The notes under the pieces: generated by a model
What the model saw: the letters and a program-made list of their open reading frames with translations, nothing else
Database searches by the model: none
Told to the model about the DNA's origin: nothing
Translations under genes and position numbers: made by a program
In this document: positions 30,199 through 39,911 of the stretch, in pieces
Layout: each line of letters starts with the position of its first letter
Position numbering within the stretch: the stretch's first letter is position 1
Source: an uncultured SAR86 cluster bacterium
GTDB lineage: Bacteria > Pseudomonadota > Gammaproteobacteria > Magnimaribacterales > D2472
Direction of reading: 5' to 3'
NCBI GenBank assembly: GCA_902511575.1
Contig: CABXFU010000004.1
Location: 65,350-129,349, forward strand
Length of the DNA stretch: 64,000 bases

Positions 30199-30786
30199 AT
30201 GCCGCTAGTTACCCCGATAGATATTTCAGATCCAAGCGTTAAAGAATTAGTAAAGTTTTTTAATGAAACATTGGGTTTTTGCCCTAATTCTGTTTTAACC
30301 ATGCAAAGAAGACCAAATATTGCAAAAGCATTTATAGAGCTCAATATGGCAGTAATGGAGAACCATGGTCAATTAACCTCAGAATTCAAACGCTTGCTTG
30401 CTTTTGTAAGCAGCAATACTGCTGGATGTAGATATTGTCAGGCGCATACGATTAGAGCTGCAGAGCGTTATGGTTCGACATCTAAGAGACTGGAGAATGT
30501 GTGGGATTTTAAGAATCAAGATGCTTTTACTGATGCTGAAAAAGCAGCTTTACAATTTGCACAAGAGGCTAGCATGGTTCCTGTAAATGTAGCTGAAGAT
30601 ACAGAAAAGCAACTACATGTTTATTGGTCAGATGATGATATTATTGAAATTATGGGCGTGATAGCTTTATTTGGATATTTAAATCGATGGAATGATGTTA
30701 TGGCAACTTCGTTGGAAGGAGATGCAAAGACTTCAGGCCAAGATTTATTGAAAGGAATTTCTTGGGCTCCTGGCAAGCATGCCTAG
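30199..30786 (+). CDS. AhpD-like / carboxymuconolactone decarboxylase family peroxidase-related protein
   Basis: 195 aa. The CxxC-H motif CRYCQAH sits in an otherwise helical protein. Confidence 0.6.
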   Translation: MPLVTPIDISDPSVKELVKFFNETLGFCPNSVLTMQRRPNIAKAFIELNMAVMENHGQLTSEFKRLLAFVSSNTAGCRYCQAHTIRAAERYGSTSKRLENVWDFKNQDAFTDAEKAALQFAQEASMVPVNVAEDTEKQLHVYWSDDDIIEIMGVIALFGYLNRWNDVMATSLEGDAKTSGQDLLKGISWAPGKHA

Positions 30787-32105
30787 GCTCCTTTGCCTTT
30801 TTTCCACCGAGTCTTAGCTTTAGATCCTTTCTTCTTATTTTGACTAGACCTATTTTTTGATCCTGTATTAGACTTTTTAAAATCCCCTTTGCGTTTCTTA
30901 GCAGCCTGCCTTTTTTCAAACCCAGACTTTTTACTTCTAAAATTTTTTGGCTTAGATCTGCTTTCAGGTTTATCAGTTGGTTTAAATCCTTCTTCAATTT
31001 TTTGTGGAATCTTACTGTCAATTAATTCCTCAATTCCTCTTAAAAACTTTTGCTCATCTATGCTTAAAAAAGATATGGCTGTGCCAGCTTTTCCTGCTCG
31101 ACCAGTTCTTCCTATTCTATGAATGTAATCATTGGGGTAGGTGGGCATATCAAAATTTACAACATAAGGCAGATTGCTAATATCAATTCCTCTTGCAGCC
31201 ACATCAGTCGCAACTAAAACCCTGACATCTTTTTCTTTAAATTCTCTAAGTGCACGCATTCTTGCGCCTTGGGTTTTGTCACCATGAATGGTTACTGTAT
31301 GTATATCCGCAGCATTGAGTTTTTTCGCAATTTTTTCCGAACCATGCTTTGTTCTTGAGAAAACAAGTGCTTGCGGCCATTGTTCTGAATGAATCAGGTG
31401 ACTTAATAGGCTAGATTTTTGATTTTTATCAACCTTATAAACAATCTGTTTTATCGCACTTACAGCGCTATTGGGAGAATCAACTGCAATTTCTACAAGG
31501 TCTGTTCCTAGTGATTGCGCAAGCTTTTTAATTTCTGGAGAAAATGTCGCTGAAAAGAGCAGGTTTTGTCTATCTGGTGGAGTTAGGGCAATAATTTTTT
31601 TTATATCATGGATAAATCCCATATCAAGCATATGATCAGCCTCATCTAAGACTAAAATCTGTACCTGATTCAATTTTACTGACTTTTGATTGTGTAAATC
31701 CAACAATCTTCCTGGAGTAGCAACAAGAATATCTAATCCCTTTTTGAGTTTAGATTTTTGTGGAAAAATTTTAGCTCCACCAAATATTGCTGCAGATGTT
31801 ATAGAGGTAAATTTTCCATAAGTGTAAATATTCTCTCTAACTTGCGCGGCTAATTCGCGAGTAGGGGTTAAAACCAATGCGTGCACATGTTTGCGATATG
31901 GTTTTGCTTGGTTTTGCAAAAGCTCAATCATCGGTAAAACAAAGCTGCCTGTTTTCCCAGTTCCAGTTTGTGCTGCCGCCATTAGATTTTTACCTGATAA
32001 GACGATAGGAATTGCCTGTTTTTGAATTTCTGAGGGTTCAGAATGCTTAAGGTCTTCTAGAGATCTTAAAATAGGATCGGATAATCCGAGTTCTTTAAAT
32101 GACAT
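30783..32105 (-). CDS. rhlE: DEAD-box ATP-dependent RNA helicase
   Basis: Q motif PSEIQ, motif I AQTGTGKT, motif II DEAD, motif III SAT and motif VI HRIGRTGRAG, plus a Lys/Arg-rich C-terminal tail. Confidence 0.9.
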   Translation of the reverse strand: MSFKELGLSDPILRSLEDLKHSEPSEIQKQAIPIVLSGKNLMAAAQTGTGKTGSFVLPMIELLQNQAKPYRKHVHALVLTPTRELAAQVRENIYTYGKFTSITSAAIFGGAKIFPQKSKLKKGLDILVATPGRLLDLHNQKSVKLNQVQILVLDEADHMLDMGFIHDIKKIIALTPPDRQNLLFSATFSPEIKKLAQSLGTDLVEIAVDSPNSAVSAIKQIVYKVDKNQKSSLLSHLIHSEQWPQALVFSRTKHGSEKIAKKLNAADIHTVTIHGDKTQGARMRALREFKEKDVRVLVATDVAARGIDISNLPYVVNFDMPTYPNDYIHRIGRTGRAGKAGTAISFLSIDEQKFLRGIEELIDSKIPQKIEEGFKPTDKPESRSKPKNFRSKKSGFEKRQAAKKRKGDFKKSNTGSKNRSSQNKKKGSKAKTRWKKGKGA

Positions 32106-32267
32106 TTTGGTTTAAATAAGTCTGTCTGATATCAACCAGATGACTGCAGAGTATAGACTTACTGAGCTAGGGTCAATGAAGCAGTAAATATATATTGAAT
32201 ATTAGTCGTTATGTGGGGTATTTCTTTTTTATTATTCTCGTATAATCCCCCTCAATAATTACCCATC

Positions 32268-34052
32268 ATGAATAAAGAAAATCTAAGAAACATAGCAATC
32301 ATTGCCCATGTCGATCATGGCAAAACAACTTTGGTTGATAAGTTGTTGCAACAATCCGGAACGTTAGATCGAAAAAATATGGCAACTGAAAGGATCATGG
32401 ATTCCAATGATCAGGAAAGAGAAAGAGGGATAACTATTCTGGCTAAAAATACTGCTATTAATTGGAAAGATCATAGGATTAATATAGTTGATACTCCAGG
32501 ACACGCTGATTTTGGTGGAGAAGTTGAAAGAGTTCTATCTATGGTCGATTCAGTATTATTGCTTGTTGATGCTGTAGATGGACCCATGCCCCAAACAAGA
32601 TTTGTTACGCAAAAGGCGTTTGAAAAAGGGCTGAATCCAATTTTGGTGATCAATAAGGTTGATCGTCCAGAAGCAAGACCTCATTGGGTGCTGGATCAAG
32701 TATTTGAATTATTCGATAACCTTGGAGCAAATGACGAGCAGCTAGATTTCACTGTAATTTATGCTTCTGCTATTAATGGGCTAGCAGGGCATGAGCCTGA
32801 TGAGCTTGCTGATGACATGACTCCGCTGCTGGATATGATCACCGAGAAGGTTGATGCGCCAGATGTTGATCAAAATGCCCCATTTAGAATGCAGATTTCA
32901 GCTTTGGACAGCAATAGCTATGTGGGAGTCATTGGTATCGGTAGAATCACTGGCGGAAGCGTTAAGCCAAACGATCGTGTTGTAGTGGTAGATAAAGATG
33001 GAGTTGAGCGAAAAGCTAAAGTTCTCCAAGTGCTAGGGCATCATGGGCTCGAAAGAGTCGAAACGCAGGAAGCCAAAGCAGGTGATATCGTTTGTATTAC
33101 TGGGGTGGAAGCATTAAATATTTCTGATACATTGTGTCATCCTGAGCACATCAATCCTCTGCCAGCATTATCCGTTGATGAGCCCACAGTTAGCATGGTT
33201 TTTCAAGTCAACGACTCTCCTTTTTGCGGAAAAGAGGGTAAATATGTGACTTCAAGAAATATCAAAGATCGATTAGACCAAGAGCTAATTCACAATGTCG
33301 CTTTGAGGGTTGAAGAAGGCGAAAGTCCAGATCAATTTAAGGTTTCAGGACGAGGCGAATTACACCTTTCAGTATTAATTGAAACTATTCGAAGGGAAAA
33401 TTATGAATTGGCTGTATCTAAACCTCAAGTTATCCAAAAAGTGGTTGGAGAAGAAATTCATGAACCATTTGAAGTTGTTGTAATTGACATCCAAGAGGAG
33501 CATCAAGGTGCAATCATGGAAGAGATGGGTAATAGAAAAGCAGACTTACAGTCACTGGTAATAACAGAAAATGGCCGTATGCGGCTTGAATTTATGGCTC
33601 CATCAAGAGGGCTAATCGGGTTTAGATCACAATTTCTTACTCTCACAAGCGGAAGCGGGATTTTAACGAGTGTCTTTGATCATTATGGGCTTGCTAAAAA
33701 GGGTGACATAGCCACTCGTCAAAATGGTGTAATGGTCTCAATGATTACTGGAAAAACCCTAGCCTATGCATTATTTAATCTGCAAAATAGAGGTCGTATG
33801 TTTGTTGGTCATGGGCTTGAGATATACAAAGGTCAAATAGTTGGGCTGCATTCTAGAGACAATGATTTGCCTGTTAATCCAACTAAAGCTAAACAATTAA
33901 CCAATATAAGAGCAGCTGGAACAGATGAGAATCTGATACTAACTCCTCACATTCAGCATACACTAGAGCAAGCACTTGAGTTTATTGAAGATGATGAGTT
34001 GGTAGAAGTTACCCCTGCAAGCATAAGACTTAGAAAAAAAATTATTCGTTAA
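32268..34052 (+). CDS. typA: Translational GTPase TypA/BipA
   Basis: G1 [10 protein letters not shown]3 [14 protein letters not shown] and G4 NKVDR, with the BipA-type C-terminus ...[13 protein letters not shown]. Confidence 0.9.
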   Translation: MNKENLRNIAIIAHVDHGKTTLVDKLLQQSGTLDRKNMATERIMDSNDQERERGITILAKNTAINWKDHRINIVDTPGHADFGGEVERVLSMVDSVLLLVDAVDGPMPQTRFVTQKAFEKGLNPILVINKVDRPEARPHWVLDQVFELFDNLGANDEQLDFTVIYASAINGLAGHEPDELADDMTPLLDMITEKVDAPDVDQNAPFRMQISALDSNSYVGVIGIGRITGGSVKPNDRVVVVDKDGVERKAKVLQVLGHHGLERVETQEAKAGDIVCITGVEALNISDTLCHPEHINPLPALSVDEPTVSMVFQVNDSPFCGKEGKYVTSRNIKDRLDQELIHNVALRVEEGESPDQFKVSGRGELHLSVLIETIRRENYELAVSKPQVIQKVVGEEIHEPFEVVVIDIQEEHQGAIMEEMGNRKADLQSLVITENGRMRLEFMAPSRGLIGFRSQFLTLTSGSGILTSVFDHYGLAKKGDIATRQNGVMVSMITGKTLAYALFNLQNRGRMFVGHGLEIYKGQIVGLHSRDNDLPVNPTKAKQLTNIRAAGTDENLILTPHIQHTLEQALEFIEDDELVEVTPASIRLRKKIIR

Positions 34053-34141
34053 AATAATTCTAGCTATCAAATACTGTTTCTTTAGCTCAATTACCCTTAA
34101 TATTAGAATCTAATCATTTAATAAGCTGTGGGGTATCTTAA

Positions 34142-35050
34142 TTGCTTTATTTTATATTTGCATTTCTTGTTTTAGCTTGTGTCTATATAGGTAACGCAGC
34201 CTTATCGATATTTGCTGGGATTCTTTTTGCCTACTTTTTAAAGCCACCAACAACATTTATTACGCGGCGTTTAGGGACTATGCCATTGCAGATTGGTATT
34301 GTCTTATTAGGAGCAACTATTAGTTTGCCATATGCACTTGCTGTAAGCTCAGTATATTTACCTTGGATTGCACTTTTTGTAATTGTTTCATTTGTTGCAG
34401 GGCTGATGCTTGGCAAACTTCTTGGAATTCATCATCGATTAGCTTTTTTATTATCGTCAGGAGCAGCCATTTGTGGAGGAACTGCTATGGCAGCTGTTGC
34501 ACCAATCATAAAGGCAAAACCTCAAGAGCTGCTAATCGCTATGACCATTATTTTTTTTCTTAACGCTGTTGCAATTATTGTATTTCCTCTTGTTGGTAAT
34601 TATTTAGAAATGAATAATTTTGAGTTTGGCGCATGGGCTGCGCTTGCCATTCATGATACAGGCTCAGTGATTGGCTCAGCTCTAACTTTCAGCAATGAAT
34701 CTGCTGAAGTTGCAGCCACATTAAAATTAGGTAGAACTATATGGTTAATACCATTAATACTCCTTGCAAATTGGATGTTTAATAAGAAGGCTCAAGCAAC
34801 GAAATTTCCTAGATTTATACTATTTTTTATTTTAGCTATCGCTGCTAATACTGTATTTACTTTTAATGAACAGGTAATCAATATTCTCCAAATATCTAGC
34901 CAGGCCTTTCTATTAATTGGTTTATTTTGTATTGGCAGTCAATTTGATCCTAATGAGCTAAATTCAATAAGTGGTAAACCATTAGTTTTAGCCTTGACGC
35001 TATGGGCTCTTGTTATCCCTTCAGCATATTTTTTAGTTAAATATTTTTGA
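34142..35050 (+). CDS. UPF0324 (YeiH-like, putative sulfate-exporter family) membrane protein
   Basis: 302 aa, polytopic, with an AICGGTAMAAVAP block similar to the family ICG.SAI motif. A TTG start is inferred from the track. Confidence 0.55.
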   Translation: MLYFIFAFLVLACVYIGNAALSIFAGILFAYFLKPPTTFITRRLGTMPLQIGIVLLGATISLPYALAVSSVYLPWIALFVIVSFVAGLMLGKLLGIHHRLAFLLSSGAAICGGTAMAAVAPIIKAKPQELLIAMTIIFFLNAVAIIVFPLVGNYLEMNNFEFGAWAALAIHDTGSVIGSALTFSNESAEVAATLKLGRTIWLIPLILLANWMFNKKAQATKFPRFILFFILAIAANTVFTFNEQVINILQISSQAFLLIGLFCIGSQFDPNELNSISGKPLVLALTLWALVIPSAYFLVKYF

Positions 35051-35102
35051 TTGCATTTAAGTTAATATAATCTTTGATTATGAATTTTAATCTGGGAGAT
35101 GA

Positions 35103-35948
35103 ATGAAAAATTTTGAAAACAAAGTAGCTGTAATAACCGGCGCGGGTAGTGGCATAGGTCGGGGTATTGCCGAAATTTCAGCCACCCATAAAATGCGTTT
35201 AGTGCTAGCAGATGTAGATGAAGCTGGGTTAAATGAAACTCTTGAGTTGGTGAAAAGTAAAGGTGTTGAAGCGATAGCTAGAGTAACGGATGTCAGCAAC
35301 ATTGATGAAGTGGAGAATCTCGCGAGTCAAACTTTTGAAACTTTTCAAAATTGCCATCTTCTTTTTAATAATGCTGGAGTGCTGGGTCCAGCTCCTTTGA
35401 GTCAAGTCAATCGTGATATGTATGATTGGCTTATCAATATTAATTTAGGTGGTTGTTTTAATGGAGTGCATGCTTTTTTGCCAAAAATGCAATCGTCCAA
35501 AGAGGAAAGTCATATCATTGCAACTTGCTCAACCTCAGGCTTTATAGCTTACCCAATGTTAGGTCTTTATTCGGCTTCTAAATTTGGCATTAGGGGGCTA
35601 ATGACATCGCTAAGGGCTGAATTAATTGGTTCAAATGTTGATGTAAGCATTGTTTGCCCAGGAGAGGTAACAACAAATATTGTAAATAGCACATTTAAAA
35701 GTACGTCAAAGCAAAAGACGGAGCCTAGAACAGAGGATTTAGATGAAGATCCAAAAGCTATGCTTGAGGTTGCGGCTGAGGATGCACAAAATACTTTTCC
35801 AATTTCACCCGTTGAGGCTGCGCAAGCTATTTTTGCTGGAATTGAAAATAAAGATTTTTATATATTCACTCATAAGGGTTACAAACGTCAATTAGAAGAG
35901 ATTTCAAATGAATATCTTCAGGCCTTTGAGCAATCAATGTTCCAGTAG
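35103..35948 (+). CDS. Short-chain dehydrogenase/reductase (SDR)
   Basis: TGAGSGIGRG cofactor motif, NNAG, and the catalytic YSASK. Confidence 0.85.
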   Translation: MKNFENKVAVITGAGSGIGRGIAEISATHKMRLVLADVDEAGLNETLELVKSKGVEAIARVTDVSNIDEVENLASQTFETFQNCHLLFNNAGVLGPAPLSQVNRDMYDWLININLGGCFNGVHAFLPKMQSSKEESHIIATCSTSGFIAYPMLGLYSASKFGIRGLMTSLRAELIGSNVDVSIVCPGEVTTNIVNSTFKSTSKQKTEPRTEDLDEDPKAMLEVAAEDAQNTFPISPVEAAQAIFAGIENKDFYIFTHKGYKRQLEEISNEYLQAFEQSMFQ

Positions 35949-35955
35949 GAGATCC

Positions 35956-37161
35956 ATGATGCTGAATAAAATTTTAATTGGAATCTTTGTAGCTGTTTTT
36001 TTTGCTGCCATTATATACATCCCCAAAGCCATAAGGGTTTACAATGTCGTTCACTTATTTGATGAAGATAAGATTGTGAAAAATTTTATAAACATGAATA
36101 AGGTTTTTCCAACCACACCTATAAAGTCCTCAGGAAAACCTCATCTATTTCAAACTAAGGCCTTTGAGCTTCCCTCATCTTATGCAATGGATGGCAAGGA
36201 TCATGATTTTGCTGATGCTTTGGATTACTTTAAAACAGATGGTTTGATAGTTTTACATGAAGGGACTTTGCTTTATGAAAATTATTGGCAAGGCAATTCA
36301 AAAGATCAACCCCATATTTCTTGGTCTGTTGCCAAGTCATTTCTCTCAGCTTTAATTGGAATTGCTTATCATGATGGTCTTATCGATGACCTCAATGATC
36401 CCATTACAAAGTATCTAAAAGATTTTAATGGAACGGGGTATGCGAATGTACCGATAAAAGACATTTTACAAATGTCATCTGGAATTATATTTAATGAGGA
36501 TTATGCTGATTACAACTCAGACATAAATAAATTTGCTCGAGCTTTAGCGCAAGGTACTTCCATGAGAGATTTTGCTAAAAATTTAAAAAATGGAAAACAG
36601 CCAGGTTCTTTTAATCACTATGTAAGCATTGATACTCAAATGCTAGCAATGCTGCTTGAGGAAGTTACTGGCGAAACTGTTGCAAAAAATCTTGAAGATA
36701 AAATTTGGACAAAAATAGGTATGGAACATGATGCCTACTATATGGTAGATGATACAGGAGTAGCTTGGGCTCTTGGTGGTTTAAATGCTACTTTACGTGA
36801 TTATGCAAAATTTGGTCAGCTCTACCTAAATAATGGCACATGGAATAACGAACAGATTGTGCCAGCAGATTGGGTCCATGCATCTCATAAGTTAGATGAA
36901 CCTCATCTTCAACCCGGTGAAAATGATTTGTCTTCAAGCACATGGGGTTATGGCTATCAATGGTGGGTTCCTGGCTTTCCAGCCTCTGACTATTTAGCGG
37001 CTGGGATTTATAATCAGTACATATATATTGATCCAATTACCAATGTTGTGATTGCCAAAACTTCATCAAACTATAAATTTAATCAAGAGCGACAATACTC
37101 TAAAGATGCTCATGTAGCTATGTTTCGAGCAATTGCTAAAAAAGTAGCCGCAACGCTTTAA
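35956..37161 (+). CDS. Membrane-anchored serine hydrolase (beta-lactamase / esterase EstB-like family)
   Basis: The S-x-x-K motif SVAKS, an N-terminal TM helix, and a YGYQWW block. The start is moved to the ATG at 35956, which follows AGGAG at 35947-35951 and removes the 41-nt overlap of the track ORF with the SDR gene. Confidence 0.75.
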   Translation: MMLNKILIGIFVAVFFAAIIYIPKAIRVYNVVHLFDEDKIVKNFINMNKVFPTTPIKSSGKPHLFQTKAFELPSSYAMDGKDHDFADALDYFKTDGLIVLHEGTLLYENYWQGNSKDQPHISWSVAKSFLSALIGIAYHDGLIDDLNDPITKYLKDFNGTGYANVPIKDILQMSSGIIFNEDYADYNSDINKFARALAQGTSMRDFAKNLKNGKQPGSFNHYVSIDTQMLAMLLEEVTGETVAKNLEDKIWTKIGMEHDAYYMVDDTGVAWALGGLNATLRDYAKFGQLYLNNGTWNNEQIVPADWVHASHKLDEPHLQPGENDLSSSTWGYGYQWWVPGFPASDYLAAGIYNQYIYIDPITNVVIAKTSSNYKFNQERQYSKDAHVAMFRAIAKKVAATL

Positions 37162-37163
37162 GC

Positions 37164-37958
37164 ATGATTAAAAATCTTTCTTTAGCGCTGTTAATTATTT
37201 TTTCATTTAATGTGAATGCATGGTGGGACAAGGCTCATAGCATGGTGTGTGATGAGGCCTATAAGTTATTAACAGCGCCAACAAAGAAATTTTTAGATCC
37301 TCTCATTAAAGAGCATGGATCATTTGGCACTGCATGCCTTTGGGCTGATTGGATTAAAAATGATGACAGAAAAGATACAAGGTCTTGGCATTACATTAAT
37401 CTTCCTGATTCAGAACAAGACACATACAAAACTTCATGTCCAGAAAATGGATGTTTGATTGCTGCTTTCCATGAGCAAATGAAAATTTTAAACAATAGCT
37501 CTGAATCATTTCTTTTAAGGGCCGAGGCTCTTTGGTTTATAGGTCATTTTGTTGGCGATATCCACCAACCGATGCATGTAGGTTACCCAGAAGACAGAGG
37601 AGGGAATGATCACAAACTTAAATTTTCTGATGGCAGCTTAACCAATATGCATAGTGTATGGGATGGGCAAATTATCAAACATATGGACTCCTTGTTTGGC
37701 GAAGGGTATCTATTGATGAATGTTTCTAAAAAAATAAATAAACTTTTGCACAACTCCCATCCTGAAGAATTTGAAGCATGGGCTCAAGAAAGTCGAGATA
37801 TTGCAATGCTGCCATCAGTTGGTTATCGCAATAATGAATTAAAAGTTGTTACGAATGAATACATGGAAAGTCATTTTGAAATTGTTCAAGAGAGGATTGC
37901 TCTTGGGGCAATTAGACTAAGTCAAACTTTAAATAGGATGCATCTAGGGAGTAATTGA
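37164..37958 (+). CDS. Secreted S1/P1-type zinc nuclease
   Basis: A signal peptide ending VNA is followed by Trp (a mature N-terminal Trp is a Zn ligand in P1 nuclease). The motifs GDIHQPMH and HSVWD are present. Confidence 0.8.
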   Translation: MIKNLSLALLIIFSFNVNAWWDKAHSMVCDEAYKLLTAPTKKFLDPLIKEHGSFGTACLWADWIKNDDRKDTRSWHYINLPDSEQDTYKTSCPENGCLIAAFHEQMKILNNSSESFLLRAEALWFIGHFVGDIHQPMHVGYPEDRGGNDHKLKFSDGSLTNMHSVWDGQIIKHMDSLFGEGYLLMNVSKKINKLLHNSHPEEFEAWAQESRDIAMLPSVGYRNNELKVVTNEYMESHFEIVQERIALGAIRLSQTLNRMHLGSN

Positions 37959-37961
37959 TCA

Positions 37962-38891
37962 TTGGATATTCGTCGTTTTTTTAAATATCTCACTCCCTCC
38001 AAAAAAACAAAGCTGGTTTTATCCTTCGATGGGGGAGGAGTAAGGGCAATTGCTGCAGTGGTTTTTCTTAAACAATTAGAAATTGCTTCAGGAAAAAAAA
38101 TTTTTGATATTTTTGATTTTTTTATTGGTACCAGCGCTGGCGGAATAAATGCTTTGAATATTGCAGGGTTGGAGGCCAGTTGTTTTGAATTAGAAAACTT
38201 TTGGTCAAAAGAAAATCTAGCCAAAACCATGTCTAAATCATTCTGGGATAACGCTTCTTTTCTACAAACAAAGCCAAAATATGATGGTAAGGGCAAGCGA
38301 GAATTACTATTAGAATATTTTAAAGATCAATCTCTTGGTGAGGCCAAAAAACCTGTTGCAGTTTTAGCCTATGATGTTGAAAATAGAAAACCTCGTTTAC
38401 TAAGTTCATATAGTTCACCTGGAATAAAAATGGTTAGTGCAGCAAGCGCAACCAGTGCTGCGCCTATTTATTATTCCACTCAAGAAATTGATGACGGAAC
38501 TTGGCTGATAGATGGCGGTATTGTTGCCAACAATCCATCTTTGCTTGGATATTCAGAGGCTAAGAAAATTTTTCCAGGATGTGACATAAAAGTTTTTAGT
38601 ATTGGAGCCGGTATCAATAGAAGAAAAATCAATGGCTATAACTCTTCTAAGTGGGGAGCTTTGAATTGGTTTCGTCATGATATTTTAGGCATTATGCTCG
38701 AATCAAGTATGTTTGATGAAATAGCAGGCGATTTAATGGGTGAAAACTATCTAAGGGTTAATTCACCAACAGGCTTGGTTAATAGAAGAATGGATGATAC
38801 TTCGGATGTAAACCTGGAGCGCATTCATCTGATGGGAATGGAGTGGTGGTCTGAGTTTGGACAAGAAACTACTGAGTTCTTAAATGTTTAA
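37962..38891 (+). CDS. Patatin-like phospholipase
   Basis: Oxyanion hole FDGGGVRA, nucleophile GTSAGG and the catalytic Asp in IDGGIVANNP. The start is a TTG, 3 nt after the nuclease stop. Confidence 0.85.
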   Translation: MDIRRFFKYLTPSKKTKLVLSFDGGGVRAIAAVVFLKQLEIASGKKIFDIFDFFIGTSAGGINALNIAGLEASCFELENFWSKENLAKTMSKSFWDNASFLQTKPKYDGKGKRELLLEYFKDQSLGEAKKPVAVLAYDVENRKPRLLSSYSSPGIKMVSAASATSAAPIYYSTQEIDDGTWLIDGGIVANNPSLLGYSEAKKIFPGCDIKVFSIGAGINRRKINGYNSSKWGALNWFRHDILGIMLESSMFDEIAGDLMGENYLRVNSPTGLVNRRMDDTSDVNLERIHLMGMEWWSEFGQETTEFLNV

Positions 38892-38958
38892 TATATTAAG
38901 TTTTATCTAGAAAAATGCTGTACACTTCGTTTTTTGTTTTTCATTAAGAAGGAATTTT

Positions 38959-39198
38959 ATGAATATTTATGTTGGAAATCTCCCTTGGAGTATTGATGAT
39001 GCAAGTCTTGAGCAAGTTTTTGCTGAGCACGGCACAGTTACCTCAGCCAAAGTCATCACTGATCGTCAAACCAATCGCTCCCGTGGGTTCGGTTTTGTTG
39101 AAATGTCTGATGGTGGTGAAAATGCCATTCAAGCATTAAATGATGCTGAAGTTGAGGGCAGAAAATTAGTCGTCAACGAGTCTCGTCCTAGAGATTAA
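38959..39198 (+). CDS. RRM-type RNA-binding protein
   Basis: RNP2 IYVGNL and RNP1 RGFGFVEM; 79 aa. Confidence 0.85.
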   Translation: MNIYVGNLPWSIDDASLEQVFAEHGTVTSAKVITDRQTNRSRGFGFVEMSDGGENAIQALNDAEVEGRKLVVNESRPRD

Positions 39199-39201
39199 TC
39201 T

Positions 39202-39477
39202 ATGAGTTACCTGGGGCTGGTTGGATTATTCGGTCTTATCGGTTTAACAGGTCTTCTTAATAAAGTTCATCCAAGTCAATCTGGCGGCCCAATTAGATTA
39301 TTGGGCCTGCTAGGTTTTTTAGGCTTGGTTGGATTTTGGATTCCGCCTCTTGGAGCTTGCGGAGCTTTTGGTGCTCTAGGAGTTTGGAATCATCAAAATA
39401 CTTCTATTGCACGATTGTCTTATGTTGGCTGGCTAGGATTTATCGGGGTTGTTCAAACTATTAGTTTTTATCTTTAG
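39202..39477 (+). CDS. Small membrane protein with GL-x-GL repeats
   Basis: 91 aa with repeated LGLVGLFGLIGLTGLL and LLGLLGFLGLVGF segments. It starts 3 nt after the RRM gene stop. No family recognised. Confidence 0.4.
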   Translation: MSYLGLVGLFGLIGLTGLLNKVHPSQSGGPIRLLGLLGFLGLVGFWIPPLGACGAFGALGVWNHQNTSIARLSYVGWLGFIGVVQTISFYL

Positions 39478-39850
39478 TTGCCAGCACCAGTAAGCCTGCA
39501 GCAATAGCCAAGTTTTTCACAAAATTTTGTATTTCATGTGCTTGCGATGGATCGCCATTGAGTGCCCAAAAATTGTGGATAAAGATATTTATAAAAATGG
39601 TTAAACCAAATAGCATGAACGCTGTCAATCTTAAGTTTTTTCCTAGAATTAGAAAAATACCACCAAGTAACTGAATGGCAATGGTTAAAGGTAGAAGAAA
39701 TAAGCTGAATGGAACACCTTTCATTCTCATTAATGCAAGCGTAGATGCAAAATCAAAAACTTTGCTCAATCCCGGGCCTATAAAATATAATCCAAGCAGG
39801 GATCTCCCCGTAATAAAAAATAAATTGTCTAGTTTTTTTAACCATTCCAT
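39461..39850 (-). CDS. DoxX family membrane protein
   Basis: 4 TM helices with a DoxX-like LLGLYFIGPGLSKVFDF block. The start is placed at the internal ATG (39850), because the track start at 39913 would overlap the divergent gene start. Confidence 0.6.
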   Translation of the reverse strand: MEWLKKLDNLFFITGRSLLGLYFIGPGLSKVFDFASTLALMRMKGVPFSLFLLPLTIAIQLLGGIFLILGKNLRLTAFMLFGLTIFINIFIHNFWALNGDPSQAHEIQNFVKNLAIAAGLLVLATKDKN

Positions 39851-39911
39851 TTGATGTCCTGTTATTAGTTTTAATACTAGACTAACATTAATATAAAAAT
39901 AGGAGATTGAC

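Noticed and set aside
30781-30788. The convergent genes (AhpD-like and rhlE) share overlapping stop codons inside a CCTAGG palindrome. A similar TTAA overlap occurs at 44901-44904.
   Set aside because: This reflects genome compaction and has no evident regulatory meaning.
35908-35955. The track start of the serine hydrolase ORF overlaps the SDR gene by 41 nt.
   Set aside because: An in-frame ATG at 35956 is preceded by AGGAG and begins directly at the TM anchor, so the upstream extension is probably untranslated.
37164-38891. The nuclease plus patatin pair could be read as a CBASS-like or other anti-phage defence effector module.
   Set aside because: The nuclease has a signal peptide and the hallmarks of an extracellular P1 nuclease. 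There is no cyclase, sensor, NTPase, methylase or other defence-associated partner nearby. A scavenging role is more parsimonious, and the pair is kept only as an operon-level curiosity in the findings.
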